Shown: positions 35,394 through 48,777 of the stretch, piece by piece
Position numbering within the stretch: the first letter of the stretch is position 1
Layout of the letters: the number at the start of each line of letters is the position of its first letter
Assembly: GCF_030028105.1 (NCBI RefSeq)
Contig: NC_092402.1
Coordinates: 33,154,843-33,218,842, forward strand
Direction: 5' to 3'
DNA length: 64,000 nucleotides
Source of the DNA: Mobula birostris
Taxonomy: Eukaryota
Position numbers and translations under genes: made by a program
The notes under the pieces: model-generated
Databases searched by the model: none
Told to the model about the DNA's origin: nothing
The model's input: only the letters and a program-made list of their open reading frames with translations

Positions 35394-35760
35394 AACTCAA
35401 ATTCAAGATGTTAATTGATGTTAATCTTATAGAAGATGGTGCCACCTTGAAAAAATTAGCTTATGTCAAAATGACAGAGTTGTCATATGAAGGTTCCAAA
35501 ATAGTGTTGGGATAACTTTTGAATGCCCTGTTTTTGTTTTAAGATTTGTTCTCAATGGCTCTGAATGTTCTTTCAGTGATCATGTGGTCACGTAATATTG
35601 CTCGCCATTGAACTTGGGAGGGTGTGTTGTGGGGGAGGGGGGGAGCTTTCCACAAATATCTAGTGATACCTGTGGGAGAACTTCCCATTTCTTAATGCCT
35701 GTTGAGTGAAGTACCAGTTGGAGGCATTTATGATTATATATTTTCAAGCATATTAAAGCA

Positions 35761-36123
35761 TAATCAAGGACACGACCCAGCCAGCCAACACATTTTCGTC
35801 CATCTTCCCTCCGGGAGAAGGCTCAGGAGCTTGAAGACTCGTACGGCCAGATTTGGGAACAGCTTCTTTCCAACTGTGATAGACTGCTGAACGGATCCTG
35901 ACCTGGATCTGGGCCGTACTCTCCAAATATCCGGACCTGCCTCTCGGTTTTTTTGCACTACCTTACTTTCCATTTTTCTATTTTCTATTTATGATTTATA
36001 ATTTAAATTTTTAATATTTACTATCGATTTGTAATCCAGGGAGCGGGAAGCGCAGAATCAAATATCGCTATGATGATTGTACATTCTAGTATCAATTGTT
36101 TGGGGACAATAAATTATAAAGTA
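35761..36123 (+). mobile_element. Young Rex1-like 3' fragment with TSD
   Basis: HIFVHLPSGRRLRSLKTRTARFGNSFFPTV; (tataaag) tail; TSD taaagca at 35754-35760 and 36124-36130. Confidence 0.85.
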
Positions 36124-36365
36124 TAAAGCACTCTCAGTGGCAGTAGACCAAGAAGCAATTTGTATTTAATTTATTATGTTGAATCCTTAACAAAGATAAG
36201 TATTAAAATATCATAAACTTCTGAACATACTATAATGCTCTTTTTAACTTTCATGTGAGGATATTGTCATGCACTCATCATTTTAAGGTCAAATAGTTTG
36301 CTAAGTAGTTTTTTTTTACATTATTCGAAGCTATCTTAGAGCTCGTGTGAGAACTGCAGGTGAGT

Positions 36366-36700
36366 GGGGTGGCACGATAGTGCAGATATTGCCTCACAGC
36401 ACCAGAAACCCTGATGCAACCTTGTTGCTATCTGTGTGGAGCGTGTACGCTCTCCCTGTAGTTGCATGGATTTCATTTGTGTACTCTGGTTTCCTCCCGC
36501 ATTCCAAAGGTATGCCAGTTGGAAAGTTAATTGGATGCTATAAACTGCTGTAAGTGAGAAATAAAATCTGAGGGACTTAATAGAAATGTGGGGAGAATTT
36601 AAAAAAAAGTGGGATTAAGCTGAATGAAAATGGGTTGTTAATGCTTGGTGCAGACTTGGTAGCTAAATAGTCTGTTTTCATACTGTAGTTCTCTACGTCT
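36366..36700 (+). mobile_element. HE1/V-SINE-like SINE
   Basis: ggtggcacgatag..gcctcacagcaccag..tgtgtggagcg..tttcctcccgcattccaaag core with a CR1-like tail. Confidence 0.7.
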
Positions 36701-39700
36701 CTGATCTCAAGGTAATCACTGAGGCCAAGTTTATACAGTAGATACCTTAAGTATCCAACTCAGTGACGTTAATAGCAGTGCAGAACATTTTAAACGCTAC
36801 AGGCACTGAATTATCAATGGCAACTTTTATGAATTAAACTGTGCATATGCAAAAATATCAAAGATGGTGTTGGTTCTATGGGCAAATGGGTGAGTACTAA
36901 TGGTAACTCCATTATTATCACCACGAAGTCCATGCCAATACAACCAAAACTTGCAGCAAGCTCTTGCCTTCTTCCATATTGAGATCTTGAAGTAATCTTC
37001 TGCCTTTTCAAACTGCAGGGATTTTCCATCAATATATATATTTCTTCAACATTAAACTAATTGCATATTACAATATAAATAATACTTCCAGCAGCATGTG
37101 TATAATAGTATTCGCATCCTATTTCAGGCTTTAGGATCTTTTGTCGTGAAACTATTTGAGGTATTTCTGCCCTTAGGGCAATTTCAAGTTAAATGCAACC
37201 CCTCCCATTATATAGCTGAGATGTATGAGGATGCATACACATGGAATGAATTGATAATTATAATTGTCCTTTGTCGAGTCATCTTGGATCCCCTTAACAC
37301 CAACAAATCACAAATAGTTCAGAAAAGTTATTGCTACATGTTTCATTCCTACTCCTCCTTTACTTAGATGGTAACCAACAGCAGTTAAAATTGATCAGAT
37401 CTGACTAGCCAATGCATATTTAGCAACTTTGCAACCTTTTAAAGGCAGCAAAGTCAAACAGAAACAGAGTAAATCCAAGAGGAACTTCTTTAACCAGAAG
37501 TTAACGTCTATTTGAGGCAAATAGACTTCAGGCAGGGTGATATCAATGTGTTGGTTAAATGGCTGAAAATGACAAATGGAGTTTAATCCTGATAAATCTG
37601 AACATAGAACATTGAACAGTGCAGCACAATACAGACCCTTTGGCCTATGATGAGCAGCTGGAGTATACTGGCCGAAGTTGAGGTGGAAGCAGGTCACTGA
37701 CAGCATTTAAGGGCCCAGATGAGCACTTGATTCACCTGGACACAGAAGACAATGGACCAAGTGCAGGAGAATACGATTAGTACAGATGGAGACCCACTTA
37801 TCAATGGTGCACCAAATGGCCCATTTCCCATGCAGCATGACTCCATACAAAAGAAAACAGGAAGAGAAAAGGTAAATAGATGAGAGACAAAGTGGAAGAA
37901 AGTGTTTCATTAAACTTCATTAAACCTCAGTCAAAACTTACTTTACATTTTCCAGTTTTAAGAATTCTATCAGATACAATCCTTTTGCCTTTTAAATCTA
38001 TTTGCCTTTTCCTTGAAAGTAGGAGCTGCTTCCATCTCAAGGCACCTTGAAAGTAATAACTGGAATCTTAAAGGGGTTAGTTAAATTCAGTTTAATCAAG
38101 TTGTAGGCCTTATTTAGGCTGAGTTGGTTAATTTCCAACAATGGAATAATGGCAGTCCCAACAATCTAATCGTCTCACTTATGTGAAAGGCAAAAACAAA
38201 TCTAAGGCTTCCAGTCCTGCTTACTGGTATTACTGCTATGGAGGCAAACTCCAGTGTTATTCTTGCCATGAATAACATCATTCACTGAACTCATCCACAA
38301 AGAATAGACATCCCAGTACACAGCAGAATCAAAGGAGCTACACTCAGGGACAAAGGAAGAAAATTATAAAGAAAATAAACCTTTCAGCAATTTGGAATTG
38401 ACTACTTATGGTCAGCGACCACATGTTAAAAGAAGCAAAGTAACACTTCTATATCCTCCCCTAAAACAAAGCCTTAAAACAGATACACATTTCAAGGATC
38501 CAGATGAACTAAATTAGCTGCGTGAAATTTACATCATAATCTGATTGCTCCATGTTGTGCTGATATTTTTAACTTGCAATTTGTGTAATTGCATTGTATA
38601 GTTAAACAGGAAAAGGTTTGGCAAAGGTTTGTTTTAGGGTCTGTTAGCTGGGGCTAGCTGTTTGTGGTGTGTATTTAGCTTTATAATTATATCATGTGCC
38701 TCTTGACATCACAATATATTTATTGTGGCATTAAGTTGTTTTCATGGTAAGTTAAGAAACAGTATTTGGAAGGAGAGACAGTAAAAAGAATGAAATGACA
38801 TATTTTTCAACACACAGGTGAATGTTTAGTCTGATGGAGGCTTACTGTGAGCAACAAATCGAAGACTCTATTGAAAATAACAATTTTATTCCTATTACAT
38901 TACAAAAGGAATTGCAGTTCAAAATTATTTTATTGGCTGTTCAAGATTTTACATCATTCTGAAAGGATGTAAAATGTGTTACGTAAATACATGTCTTGCT
39001 TTTGACCTTTGCATGTTTCAATTGCTGTGCTCTGGCTACATTAAAAGTTTGTTGTTTCAAAAAGATGATAAATTCAAGGCCATAAAAACAGTGATAGACC
39101 TCCCTAAAGGGGGGTGAAATAAAGAGAAAATATGATGTTTGTATTGCAAACAAGGCTATAAACTTGCAAAGTAGCAGCTGTGTTCCAATAAGTATCTTCC
39201 ATTTTTTTGATGAAACCATAAATCATGTTTGTATTTTATTACATTACCTGTTGATTTTTTTTCAAGTGATATAATCCTCTCAGACCACAGTTATTACAGA
39301 TTTTGCACCTTTTGGAAAAATTAGTTTGCATGAAAAATCATACTTCAGAATTATTTTGTTTGTCGATCATTTGCATAATGGTTCAGTAACTATTTTCCAA
39401 CATAATTATCCATTATGTTTCTTTTCCATTTTGTTTCATCGTTTGTATACTTTACTCAAGCCCATTTTGTTTCTGTCATTGTTGTCTTGGACAAAACACA
39501 CCTAGATGTGATTACTTCAGCTTTGCAGAGTTAAAAATCTCCTGTATCTGCAGCTAGACTTTTAAGGTGTATGTTTCTAGTGTAAGCTGTCTGATTCCAT
39601 TCCCCACTTGACTCCTGTCTCACTGTACTTGTCAGCACATGTGTCAAGATGCCATTTGATATTCTGCATTGTAGCTAAGGTGTAGTTTAAACAGTAGGTA

Positions 39701-42239
39701 GGAGGCAGCATTCAGATCAATGGTTTTCATGTAAAACTTGATCCCTGGCTTCTGTTCCCTTGCTTTGGAACTTAAAAATTATCCTGATCTCAGCTGGAGA
39801 TTGGAAAAGAATGCATGTTAAGAACAAGTTCTTCGTGCCTTGGAGAGGTAATTTTTTTCTGCACTTCTATTTTCATATCCCAACAAAGATTTTTTTGTGG
39901 CCAAGAACAAACTACTGAAATTCTTAAGGGTGTAGGATTAAAACGTAAGAAGTGGAATGAATAAACTGATCTGACCTTGGAATTAATTCCACTTTCTTGC
40001 CAGATTCCCATTAGGCTTGACTTTGCTCAAGTTCAAAGATCTTTCTCAATGATTCAGTTGAGGAAGAGAGCTCCAATAAAAAACATCATGATCCTGTGAG
40101 AACAAATTCCTCCTCATCTTTGTTTTGAATTGAATACCCGTTATTCTGAAACTGTGCCCAAAGCTTTGGGACCCCCACAAGGATAAATATTCTCTCAACA
40201 AATACCATCAAAACTGATAGCACACATGTACAGCAAAAAAATTTTGGAAAAATGTTGTGTTCTTAAAAAAGGAAAACGAGCTCCTTTATACTTCAGTCAT
40301 ACATTATAATCAAACACAATGACTTTTGAACCAGATAAGTGGCTATAAGCAGAGAGTGACCAGATATTGGCTTAAATATTTCAAGGAAAGGCAAAGAAGA
40401 GAGGTGGAGAAGCAAAAAGATGAGGGGAAGAATTCCGATCTGTGGTGAAGTGAAGGCATGTCCACCAGTGAGAGGCTGGATATTCCAAGGATGGTATCGA
40501 GGAAATTTAAGTATTCTGGAGGGATATTCTTGATAAATTTTGAGAATAAGATATTAATTATTTGCTAGAAAGCAGATGCTGGTTCCAGACCTCTTAACCA
40601 TTTTTTGTTCTAACACTGCAACTGTCCTTAATAACTGTGAAGATCTTTCAAAAAATATGAGGGAAGTGAAATAATGGTTTGTCTTCAAACTGATCGACTA
40701 ATGGCTAAAAATAATAGTTGATATTATTTTTGTATTTCTCAAATATACTGTTGTGACATTTTATTATATTTTGTATATCCCTAAGATTATTTATTGCCTT
40801 TTTCCTGATAGTGCAAATATTAAAAATATTTAAGTGGAACATATAAGTTAAAAAGGTGCAAACACAGGTTTAGATGCTGACATCAGGAGTGACTCCATAG
40901 GTATGCTCTGGTTACTACTGTGTGGCATTTACATTTCTGAAAGCCTCAAACGTTTTGAAGACTTTAGAGCAGGCAGTGAGCCAATGTGGCAGTGTTTGTG
41001 GCTTTGAATCCCACATGAACTTTCTTTATTGCACGTATATACCTGCACACAGATAAAAATGTGTTTGATAGTTACTGCCAGAAGACAGATAGAGAGGCAT
41101 GGGTATGAATGATTTGACTCCAGGGTGGATTTTTGTTGTCCATACCAAAAGTTTATCTTGGGGCGCAACACTTTTTCAATACCTCAATGCAGTCCTGACC
41201 AAAGTTCTTGTTGGAATGAAGCTAATTTCACATAACTGTTTAACCAATGTTTTCTCCATTCTAGAACTAAGATCATTCCTTCTCAGAGCCTTATCCAACT
41301 GAATCTTGTGTGTGTGCATATATTTTGAGGCTGAACCTTCAATGAAGAATATGAGAAAATGCAGTTGATACCTAACATCAGAAGAACAAAGGATATATTG
41401 GGAGTCACCCTTCAGCAAAGGCAGACATTAGCAATTGAATTCACTATTGATTTTCTTTTACCAGCACAGCCCAAGGCCCTATAAGAAAAAGAATGTTTGA
41501 AGATTGAGAGTTCAAACCCAGAACAATACTCATGGTCTAACATGGTGAACCCAGCCCTCCTATATGTTTTTGAGAAATGGCTTGCACCTGAAAGGAGGCA
41601 CCAACAATGTGGTCTATAAAATCCTTCAAATTCCACTGGCAGAAGAAGGGAACCCTAGATAAGCATTCACTCCCAGGTCAATATCCCAGCATTTCGGAAC
41701 AAGAAGTACTTATTTGGCCTTTCAAGCCCAGCTTGCTCTTTTGATCATGCTCTTTTGATTGTAAACTCTTACTTCCTCAGTCCTGTTACCTGTAGTAACA
41801 TTTTATTCCTTTTAAAATCAAGAGTCTATCTCCCTCTGCCTTTAAAACATTTAAAGAATTGTCTACTTTAAGGAAGAGAGTTTAAAAAACCCATAATCAG
41901 CTGAAAGAAGATTTTTTTTTCTAAATCTTGTCCAAATGGGTGACCTCTAGTTTTTAAACAGAGATCCTAATTCTAGATTCTCTCATGAAAGGAAACATTA
42001 GGAACTTGTATGCTCCTATAAAATCCCTTCCTAATCATACAATCGATCCTTCCCTCAAAAGATGATTAGTCATTCCCATGACTAATCTTGTAAATTCTAA
42101 AACGTGGCACTTGCTAAGATGATAGAAGTTTTTATAATTTAAAAAAAAAATTACTTTAAGGTCAATTAATATCTGAGATGCTGTGGGAGAATGACAATGA
42201 AAAGCCAAGTAAATACAATACTTACAGGGGACCTTGTGA

Positions 42240-42725
42240 TAAACACAAAGGATCCTGCAGATGCTGGAAATCCAGAGCAACACACACAAAATGCTGTCGG
42301 ATCTCAGTAGATCAGGCAGATTCTATGGAACTGAATAAACAGTCAATATCTTGGGCTGAGACCCTTCATTAGGACTGGAAAGGAAGGAAGAGGAAGCCAG
42401 GGTAAGAAGGTGAGCAGGAGGGGAGGAGAACAAGCTAAAAAGTGATAGATAAAGCCAAGTGGATGGGAGAGGGTGCTCTTGATCTCCTCGACAACTTTCA
42501 ATTCCCTGGCCCTCGTCCCCTCATTTTCACCATCGATGATCAGTCCCTATACATTTCTATTTCCCATCAACTTCGCTTCCAACTTCCACCCTGTCCATAG
42601 ATTCACTTGGTCCATTTCTTACACTTCACCCCTTTCCTCAATAATTCTGTCTCCATCACTGGAGACAAACTGTCTGCCAATATCTTTTATAAACCCACTG
42701 GTTCCTATGGCCGATATTCCCTCTG
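42240..42725. mobile_element. Old PLE with an inverted 3' terminus (minus) joined to RT fragments (plus)
   Basis: 42240-42470 is a reversed PLE terminus; the plus strand encodes NFQFPGPRPLIFT.D.QSLY and INFASNFHPVHRFTWSIS (PLE RT motifs). Confidence 0.75.
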
Positions 42726-42817
42726 ATTTGTAATGACCAGTGTGCGCAAAAATCTTGCACTATGCAATGTTTTGCCCAGTGACAACAACACGTGCGCCTG
42801 AATTTTTAGGTGGAAGT

Positions 42818-43461
42818 AAACCATAGAAACCATAGAAACTACAGCACAGAAACAGGCCTTTTGGCCCTTCTTGGCTGTGCCGAACCATTTTCTGCCTAGT
42901 CCCACTGACCTGCACACGGACCATATCCCTCCATACACCTCCCATCCATGTATCTGTCCAATTTAATCTTAAATGTTAAAAAAGAACCCGCATTTACCAC
43001 CTCGTCTGGCAGCTCATTCCATACTCCCACCACTCGCTGTGTGAAGAAGCCCCTCCTAATGTTCCCTTTAAACTTTTCCCCCCTCACCCTTAACCCATGT
43101 CCTCTGGTTTTTTTCTCCCCTTGCCTCAGTGGAAAAAGCCTGCTTGCATTCACTCTATCTATACCCATCATAATTTTATATACCTCTATCAAATCTCCCC
43201 TCATTCTTCTACGCTCCAGGGAATAAAGTCCTAACCTATTCAACCTTTCTCTGTAACTGAGTTTCTCAAGTCCCGGCAACATCCCTTGTAAACCTTCTCT
43301 GCACTCTTTCAACCTTATTTATATCCTTCCTGTAACTTGGTGACCAAAACTGAACACAATACTCCAGATTGGGCCTCACCAATGCCTTATACAACCTCAT
43401 CATAACATTCCAGCTCTTATACTCAATACTTCGATTAATAAAGGCCAATGTACCAAAAGCT
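42818..43461 (-). mobile_element. Young CR1 3' fragment
   Basis: LVRPNLEYCVQFWSP...RGDLIEVYKIM...FFTQRVVGVWNELP; tail (aaaccatag)2. Confidence 0.92.
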
Positions 43462-44024
43462 GAAGCTATTCTAAGAATAATAAACTCCCAAGTCCAGTTT
43501 GTTGTTTATTGTTTAAAAGAAATAAAATAACTGTCAATAAGAACTTTGATGTCCTCTGGGTTTAATCATTTTTGCTCTCGTTCATCTGCACTCTCACAAA
43601 ACATACCAAGCAGGATTGTAGCAGGTAGTGAAGGATTTTCTCGCCAGAGCTTTTACACACTGTCCATATGTGATTTGCTTGCTAAATGATGCTTTAAGAA
43701 GTCAAGTTTCTACTATTCATTAAGCCATTCCACTTTAAATGAACTAGCAGTTCTTTTGCACTTCACAGCCTTTCCTTCTTTGGAATTCGAAATAGCGAAA
43801 CAATAATTTCTTCAATAAAAACAGTATAAATAAGCCAATTCTAAAATGTGCAGACAAATCATCGCGAACTCCATGTTGTCAACACCGTCCGCATCAGAAA
43901 CTGGAAAAGGAAATGTGATTGTGTATGATTGTGAAATATACTTAACATGCCAACAAGGTAGAGGGTGGCAACCTTTTGTACGCAGTTTAAATTTCTTTGT
44001 GTGCTAGTAGCAAAAGATGTGTGT

Positions 44025-44025
<1 letters not shown>

Positions 44026-44084
<59 letters not shown>
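44026..44084. repeat. (CA)n microsatellite (~29 units)
   Basis: Directly visible. Confidence 0.98.
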
Positions 44085-44091
<7 letters not shown>

Positions 44092-44189
44092 CCTTAGATA
44101 GAACATTGCCCATGGCTAACTGGATTATAACTCTTCCCACCCTGTCTCCTATAAAAATGTTATTCCCTTTTCTCATTTCCTTCCTCCAC

Positions 44190-44634
44190 CATTGATGTTG
44201 CCCTCACCCACATCTCCGTTTCTCTACCATCCGCGTTCACCCAATCTTCTCACCGCCATAACAGGGATAGAGTTCCTCTTGTCCTCACATACCACTCTAT
44301 GAGGCTCCACATCCAACACATCATTCCGCCATCTTTAATAGAATCCTACCACTAAGCACATCTTTACCTCCCTCCCGACCCCACTCTCTGCCTTCTGCAG
44401 GGATCGCTCCCTCTATGATTCCCTGGCCCCTTCGTTTCCCACCCCCTCTATTAATCTTCCTCTTGGTACTGATCTCCGCAAGGGACAGAAGTGCTGCACC
44501 TGCCCATTCACCACCTCCTTCTCCTCCATTGAGGGTCCCAAACAGTCCTTCCAGGTGAGGCAACACTTCACATATGAATCCGTTGGGGTCACCTACTGTA
44601 TCCGGTGCTCCTGGTGTGGCCTTCTCTACATTGG
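44190..44634 (+). mobile_element. Older PLE fragment (linker to start of GIY-YIG)
   Basis: Homologous to 7790-8190 (gatagagttcctcttgtcctcac..cccaaacagtccttccaggtgagg). Confidence 0.85.
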
Positions 44635-45114
44635 ACCTGCAGATTTGCCAGCTTTTCTCTTTCAATATTTAAAACCTACAATTGACCCTAATCCTCCAGT
44701 CTGTGATATTACCAACTGACTTCAGACAACACGATTCTCTTGATTTGTCAAACAGCTGTGTTGTCTGCATCTTCAAGGCAATGACTCTTTTAAAGTCATG
44801 TTTTCATGTCATCAGATACTACTTCTTTATATAATAATTTGTTTTGGTGCTAACCCTGGCTGTTTTTACAAGGACTTCATACCACTTTTGCACTATGTAC
44901 TGTTTGAGAAGCAGGACCTGCAGATTTGCCAGCTTTCCTCTTTCAGTATTTAAAACCTACTGGGATTCATTAGGATTTCCATCTGTAATTAACTGCCTAT
45001 ACCATATTTAGCATTATCATTCCAATATAACAAACCAAATATTTGATTTAATCCTGCATCTCAATGAGTTATAGCAAATTTTAGGTATAATGAACAAATC
45101 AATCACATTGAAAT

Positions 45115-45730
45115 TAGAACATATTGGTGCAATTATAAAGAAGGCACAACAGCGGCTATATTTCATTAGGTGTTTGAGGAGATTTGGTATGTCACTAAAG
45201 ACAAATTTCCACAGATCTACTGTGGAGAGTATTCTAACTGGTTGCATCACAGTCTCGTATGGGGGTGAGGGGTGGGAGGTGGTGCACTGCACAAGATCAG
45301 ACAAAGCTTCAGTAATTTGCAAACTGAGCTAGCTCCATCAAGTACAATCGCCTCCCCAGCATCAAGGACACCTTCAAAAGGCAATGCCTCAAAATGGCGG
45401 CATCCATCTTTAAGGATTCCATCACCCAGGACATGCCCTCTTCACAATGCTACCATTAAGGAGGAGTTACAGAAGTTTGAAGACACACACTCAGTATTTT
45501 AGGAACAGTTTCTTCTCCTCCACCATTGACTTTCTGAATGGACACTAAACCCATATATAATACACTACCTCACGGTTTCTTTTTGGTTTCTTTTGGCACT
45601 ACTTATTTAACTCAATTTTTATACATATATTTCGTATTGTAATTTATTGCTTTTTATGATGTACTGCACTGTACTGCTGTCATAAAACAACGAATTTTAC
45701 AATATTTGCTGGTGATATTAAAGCCTGATC
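45115..45730 (+). mobile_element. Old Rex1-like 3' fragment
   Basis: IIKKAQQRLYFIRCLRRFGM..VESILTGCITVSYG. Confidence 0.82.
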
Positions 45731-45899
45731 ATTAATTTGTAAACACCACTAACTTGAATGTGGACAGAAAGTGTTGCACTATTTGCCACATTCTTGTGCC
45801 ATGTGCAAAAAATAAATTCTCACTGTTCTTTATTTTTGGTTGGGAGCTCAACCGGAAAAGACTGAGAGGAATAACACATAAAAGCAAAAAATCGGACAA

Positions 45900-46375
45900 T
45901 ATTTGGAGTAATTTTGACCCCATATATAAGAAAGGATGTGCTAGCATTGGAGAGAGCCCAGAGAATATTTACCAGAAAATCCCAGGGATGAAATGGTTTA
46001 ACACATTGGGAGTGTTTGATAGCACTGGACTTCAACTCGCTGCAGTTTAGAAAGGTGATGGGGATCTCACTGAAACCTACTTAATATTGAAAGGCCTGGA
46101 TAGCGTGGACATGGAGAGGATGTTTCCAGTAGTGGGAGTGTCTTGGACCAGAAGGCACAGCCTCAGAATAAAAGGATGTCTCTTCTTAACAGACGTGAAG
46201 TGGAAATTCTTTAGCCAGAGTGCAGTGAATCTGTGGAATTCATTGCCACAGACAGCTATGGAGGCTAGGTTATTAGGTATATTTAAAGTGAAGGTTAAAT
46301 GGTTCTTGATTAATAAGGACATTAAACGTCATGGGAAGAAGTCAGGAGAAAAAGTTGAGAGGGAAAAATAAATCA
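45900..46375 (+). mobile_element. CR1 3' fragment
   Basis: KGLDSVDMERMFP..FFSQSAVNLWNSLPQ. Confidence 0.85.
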
Positions 46376-46952
46376 GTATGGCCATCTGAAATGTATTCAT
46401 TTATAAAGTTAAAATTCTTCTACTTGGTTGCAAGTAAGAACTCCACAGGCAGCATGCGTGTGATAACTGTAGTGGCTGGAGCCAAGTATTTTTAGTACTT
46501 GCAGCTCAATGATAATCAAGTCTGGTTAGTTGTTCAGATGGACAGTGAACTGTCTGTCTGAACAAGTATGACATTAAAATCAACCACAGCTTCAGGCTGC
46601 TGTATCAGTTGTTTCACCACATGTCCGCTGTTTGTGTTGCCACATTCTTTCCTCAGAAGGTCTCTTACTTTGTGAAAGAAAGTTGTAGCAAGAAAGTGCT
46701 CTTGTTTATTTTATTTCATTCAGTTTGAATTATTGATAACTCTTTCAATACCATAGACATAGATACTTAAGCGGTTAGCATTTTAAGGGTATTATTTATA
46801 ACTACGTCTGCTATACTGAGCAATCCAGTACTTGACCACTAATTAGCTTATTAACTAGAGTAATGTCCTGGGCACTGCAAGATGAATCTGCTCTGCAGTT
46901 GTGAGAGTGATGCACACATTGCAAGGGCACAAACTGCTGCTTCATGGCTTAA

Positions 46953-47163
46953 GCAACACATGCAAAATGCTGGAGCAATACAACAGATCAGGCAGCATTT
47001 ATGGAGGAGAATAGACAATTGACATTTCAGGCCAAGGCTCTTCATCTCGGCTTGAAATGTCAACTGTTTATCTCTCTCCATAGATGCTGGATGACCTGCT
47101 GAGTTTCGCCAGTATTTTGTATGTGTTGCTCAAGGTTTTCAAAGCTGCAGAATCTCTTGTGTT
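46953..47163 (+). mobile_element. PLE-derived fold-back mini-element
   Basis: Imperfect ~85-bp inverted arms plus a PLE tail; TSD cttcatggcttaa (46940-46952) / cctcatggtttaa (47164-47176). Confidence 0.75.
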
Positions 47164-47689
47164 CCTCATGGTTTAACTTAATTTTGAGATTAAAAGCAAA
47201 TCACTACAGGTGCTGACAATCTGAAATTAAGAGGGAAAAAAATCTGGTAATGCACAGTTAGACAACATCCATAAAAGAAAATAAGTGATTTACATTTACA
47301 TAGTGTTTTTCATGCCCTTGGGACATTGCACACTGCTTTACACCAAAGAAACATTTTTGAAGCTCAGTTGATTATTAGAGGGCCACTGTATCCGGAACAG
47401 ATCTTTGGAACACTGACAGGACTGAAAAATCCTATTAGCCAGATCAAAGTGACTTTTTCAAATTAAATGAGTTAATAATGAAACCAGCCCTGTATGTATC
47501 TTGTTTCTCCTGCTCTAATAGTGTATCCTAATGATATATAGACGGTGGCAACCCATCTCTCCTGACCGACTCATCTAAAATAAAAACATGCAAATAATAG
47601 ACGGCGCCAGCAAAAAACGATTTTTTGGGCAACATCTTTCAGATAGTCAATTGTTTCAGTTTGTCTACATGTTCTACTTATTCTTTTTA

Positions 47690-48378
47690 TCTTAATTTTG
47701 TTTTTGAAACTGTTGGAGCCTGTAACTTACAGTCTGTAGTTCGATCGAGTGGGCTGGCACTTTGCTGTTCCTGAGAAAACTCCAGGAGGGAAATATGAGC
47801 ACAGGCTACCACAAGGAGAACCTCAGAGACAAGATGAGGAGCCATGATCGACTGCATTTCTCGCTGATTAAAGTGTCGAGGACAATTGAAACATCGAGGC
47901 AAATTTGAAGGAGAGCAAGTGTTTCTCAGAGAAGCTGCTTGTTCGAGTCACTGCCCTCGGAGGGTCTGATGAGTCCAGATGCTCTCGAATATGTTGTCAA
48001 AATTCTTGAGATTTCTGGATTGGACTGTAGTTGACACTAACTGTAGTTCATATTGGCCTCTATCAGTTCTATTTTTTTGGGTTCTTGCTCATTCTTTCTT
48101 GTTGCCAATCGGCGGGCTGGGTTTGTGGATTGATGTTCTTGCTGTTGTTTTTTCATGTGGGTGATCTGTTAGTTTTTGTGTGAGGGAGAGGTTGCGGGGA
48201 GGATTTGGGGTTTGCAAGTTTTTGTTTATTTTTCTTTTCGTGTGGGGGGAGGATTGATGACTTTCTTTCAACTACTCCTATGGTTTTCTGTATTTTATGG
48301 CTATCTGGAGAAAACAGATCTCAGAGTTGTATTCTGCATACATACTTTGATAATAAAATGAACCTTTGATCCTTTGAA
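47690..48378 (+). mobile_element. Unclassified interspersed repeat with a LINE-like 3' tail
   Basis: Ends tctcagagttgtattctgcatacatactttgataataaaatgaacctttga, similar to the Rex1-type tail at 5621-5700 (reverse) and 60985 (reverse). The 5' boundary is uncertain. Confidence 0.45.
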
Positions 48379-48777
48379 ATTAATCTTTCTGATTCATTTC
48401 CTGTGACTAAGGTACCAGTAACTGGCACTAATAGATTAACAGAGGTGAGAACAGTTTACTTTGAAAGGCTTGCACAATTAATGGTGAGTCATTTAAGAGT
48501 TAGCACTAAGGAGACAACTCAGCTGACCTTCTGCTGCTTCAGAAATGCTTTTGATGAATCATTGAGCAAGGTTATATGTGCAGTTTATACATTCATGGAC
48601 CCTAAATGATTTAATGTTTGCAAGTTTAAAGTTAGTGTACATGATCCGATTGTTTTACACTGTGGAAGGGTAAGTGTCAAATTTTGTTGTTTAAACCAGA
48701 GAAGGTGGTTTGAAAAGTGTTTCCTGCCAAACATTAACCCAACTGCTGATAAATGGAGCTTCTTCTCCATTGCCCAG

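Noticed and set aside
43859-44195. ORFs with CV/HT repeats
   Set aside because: Translations of the (CA)n microsatellite.
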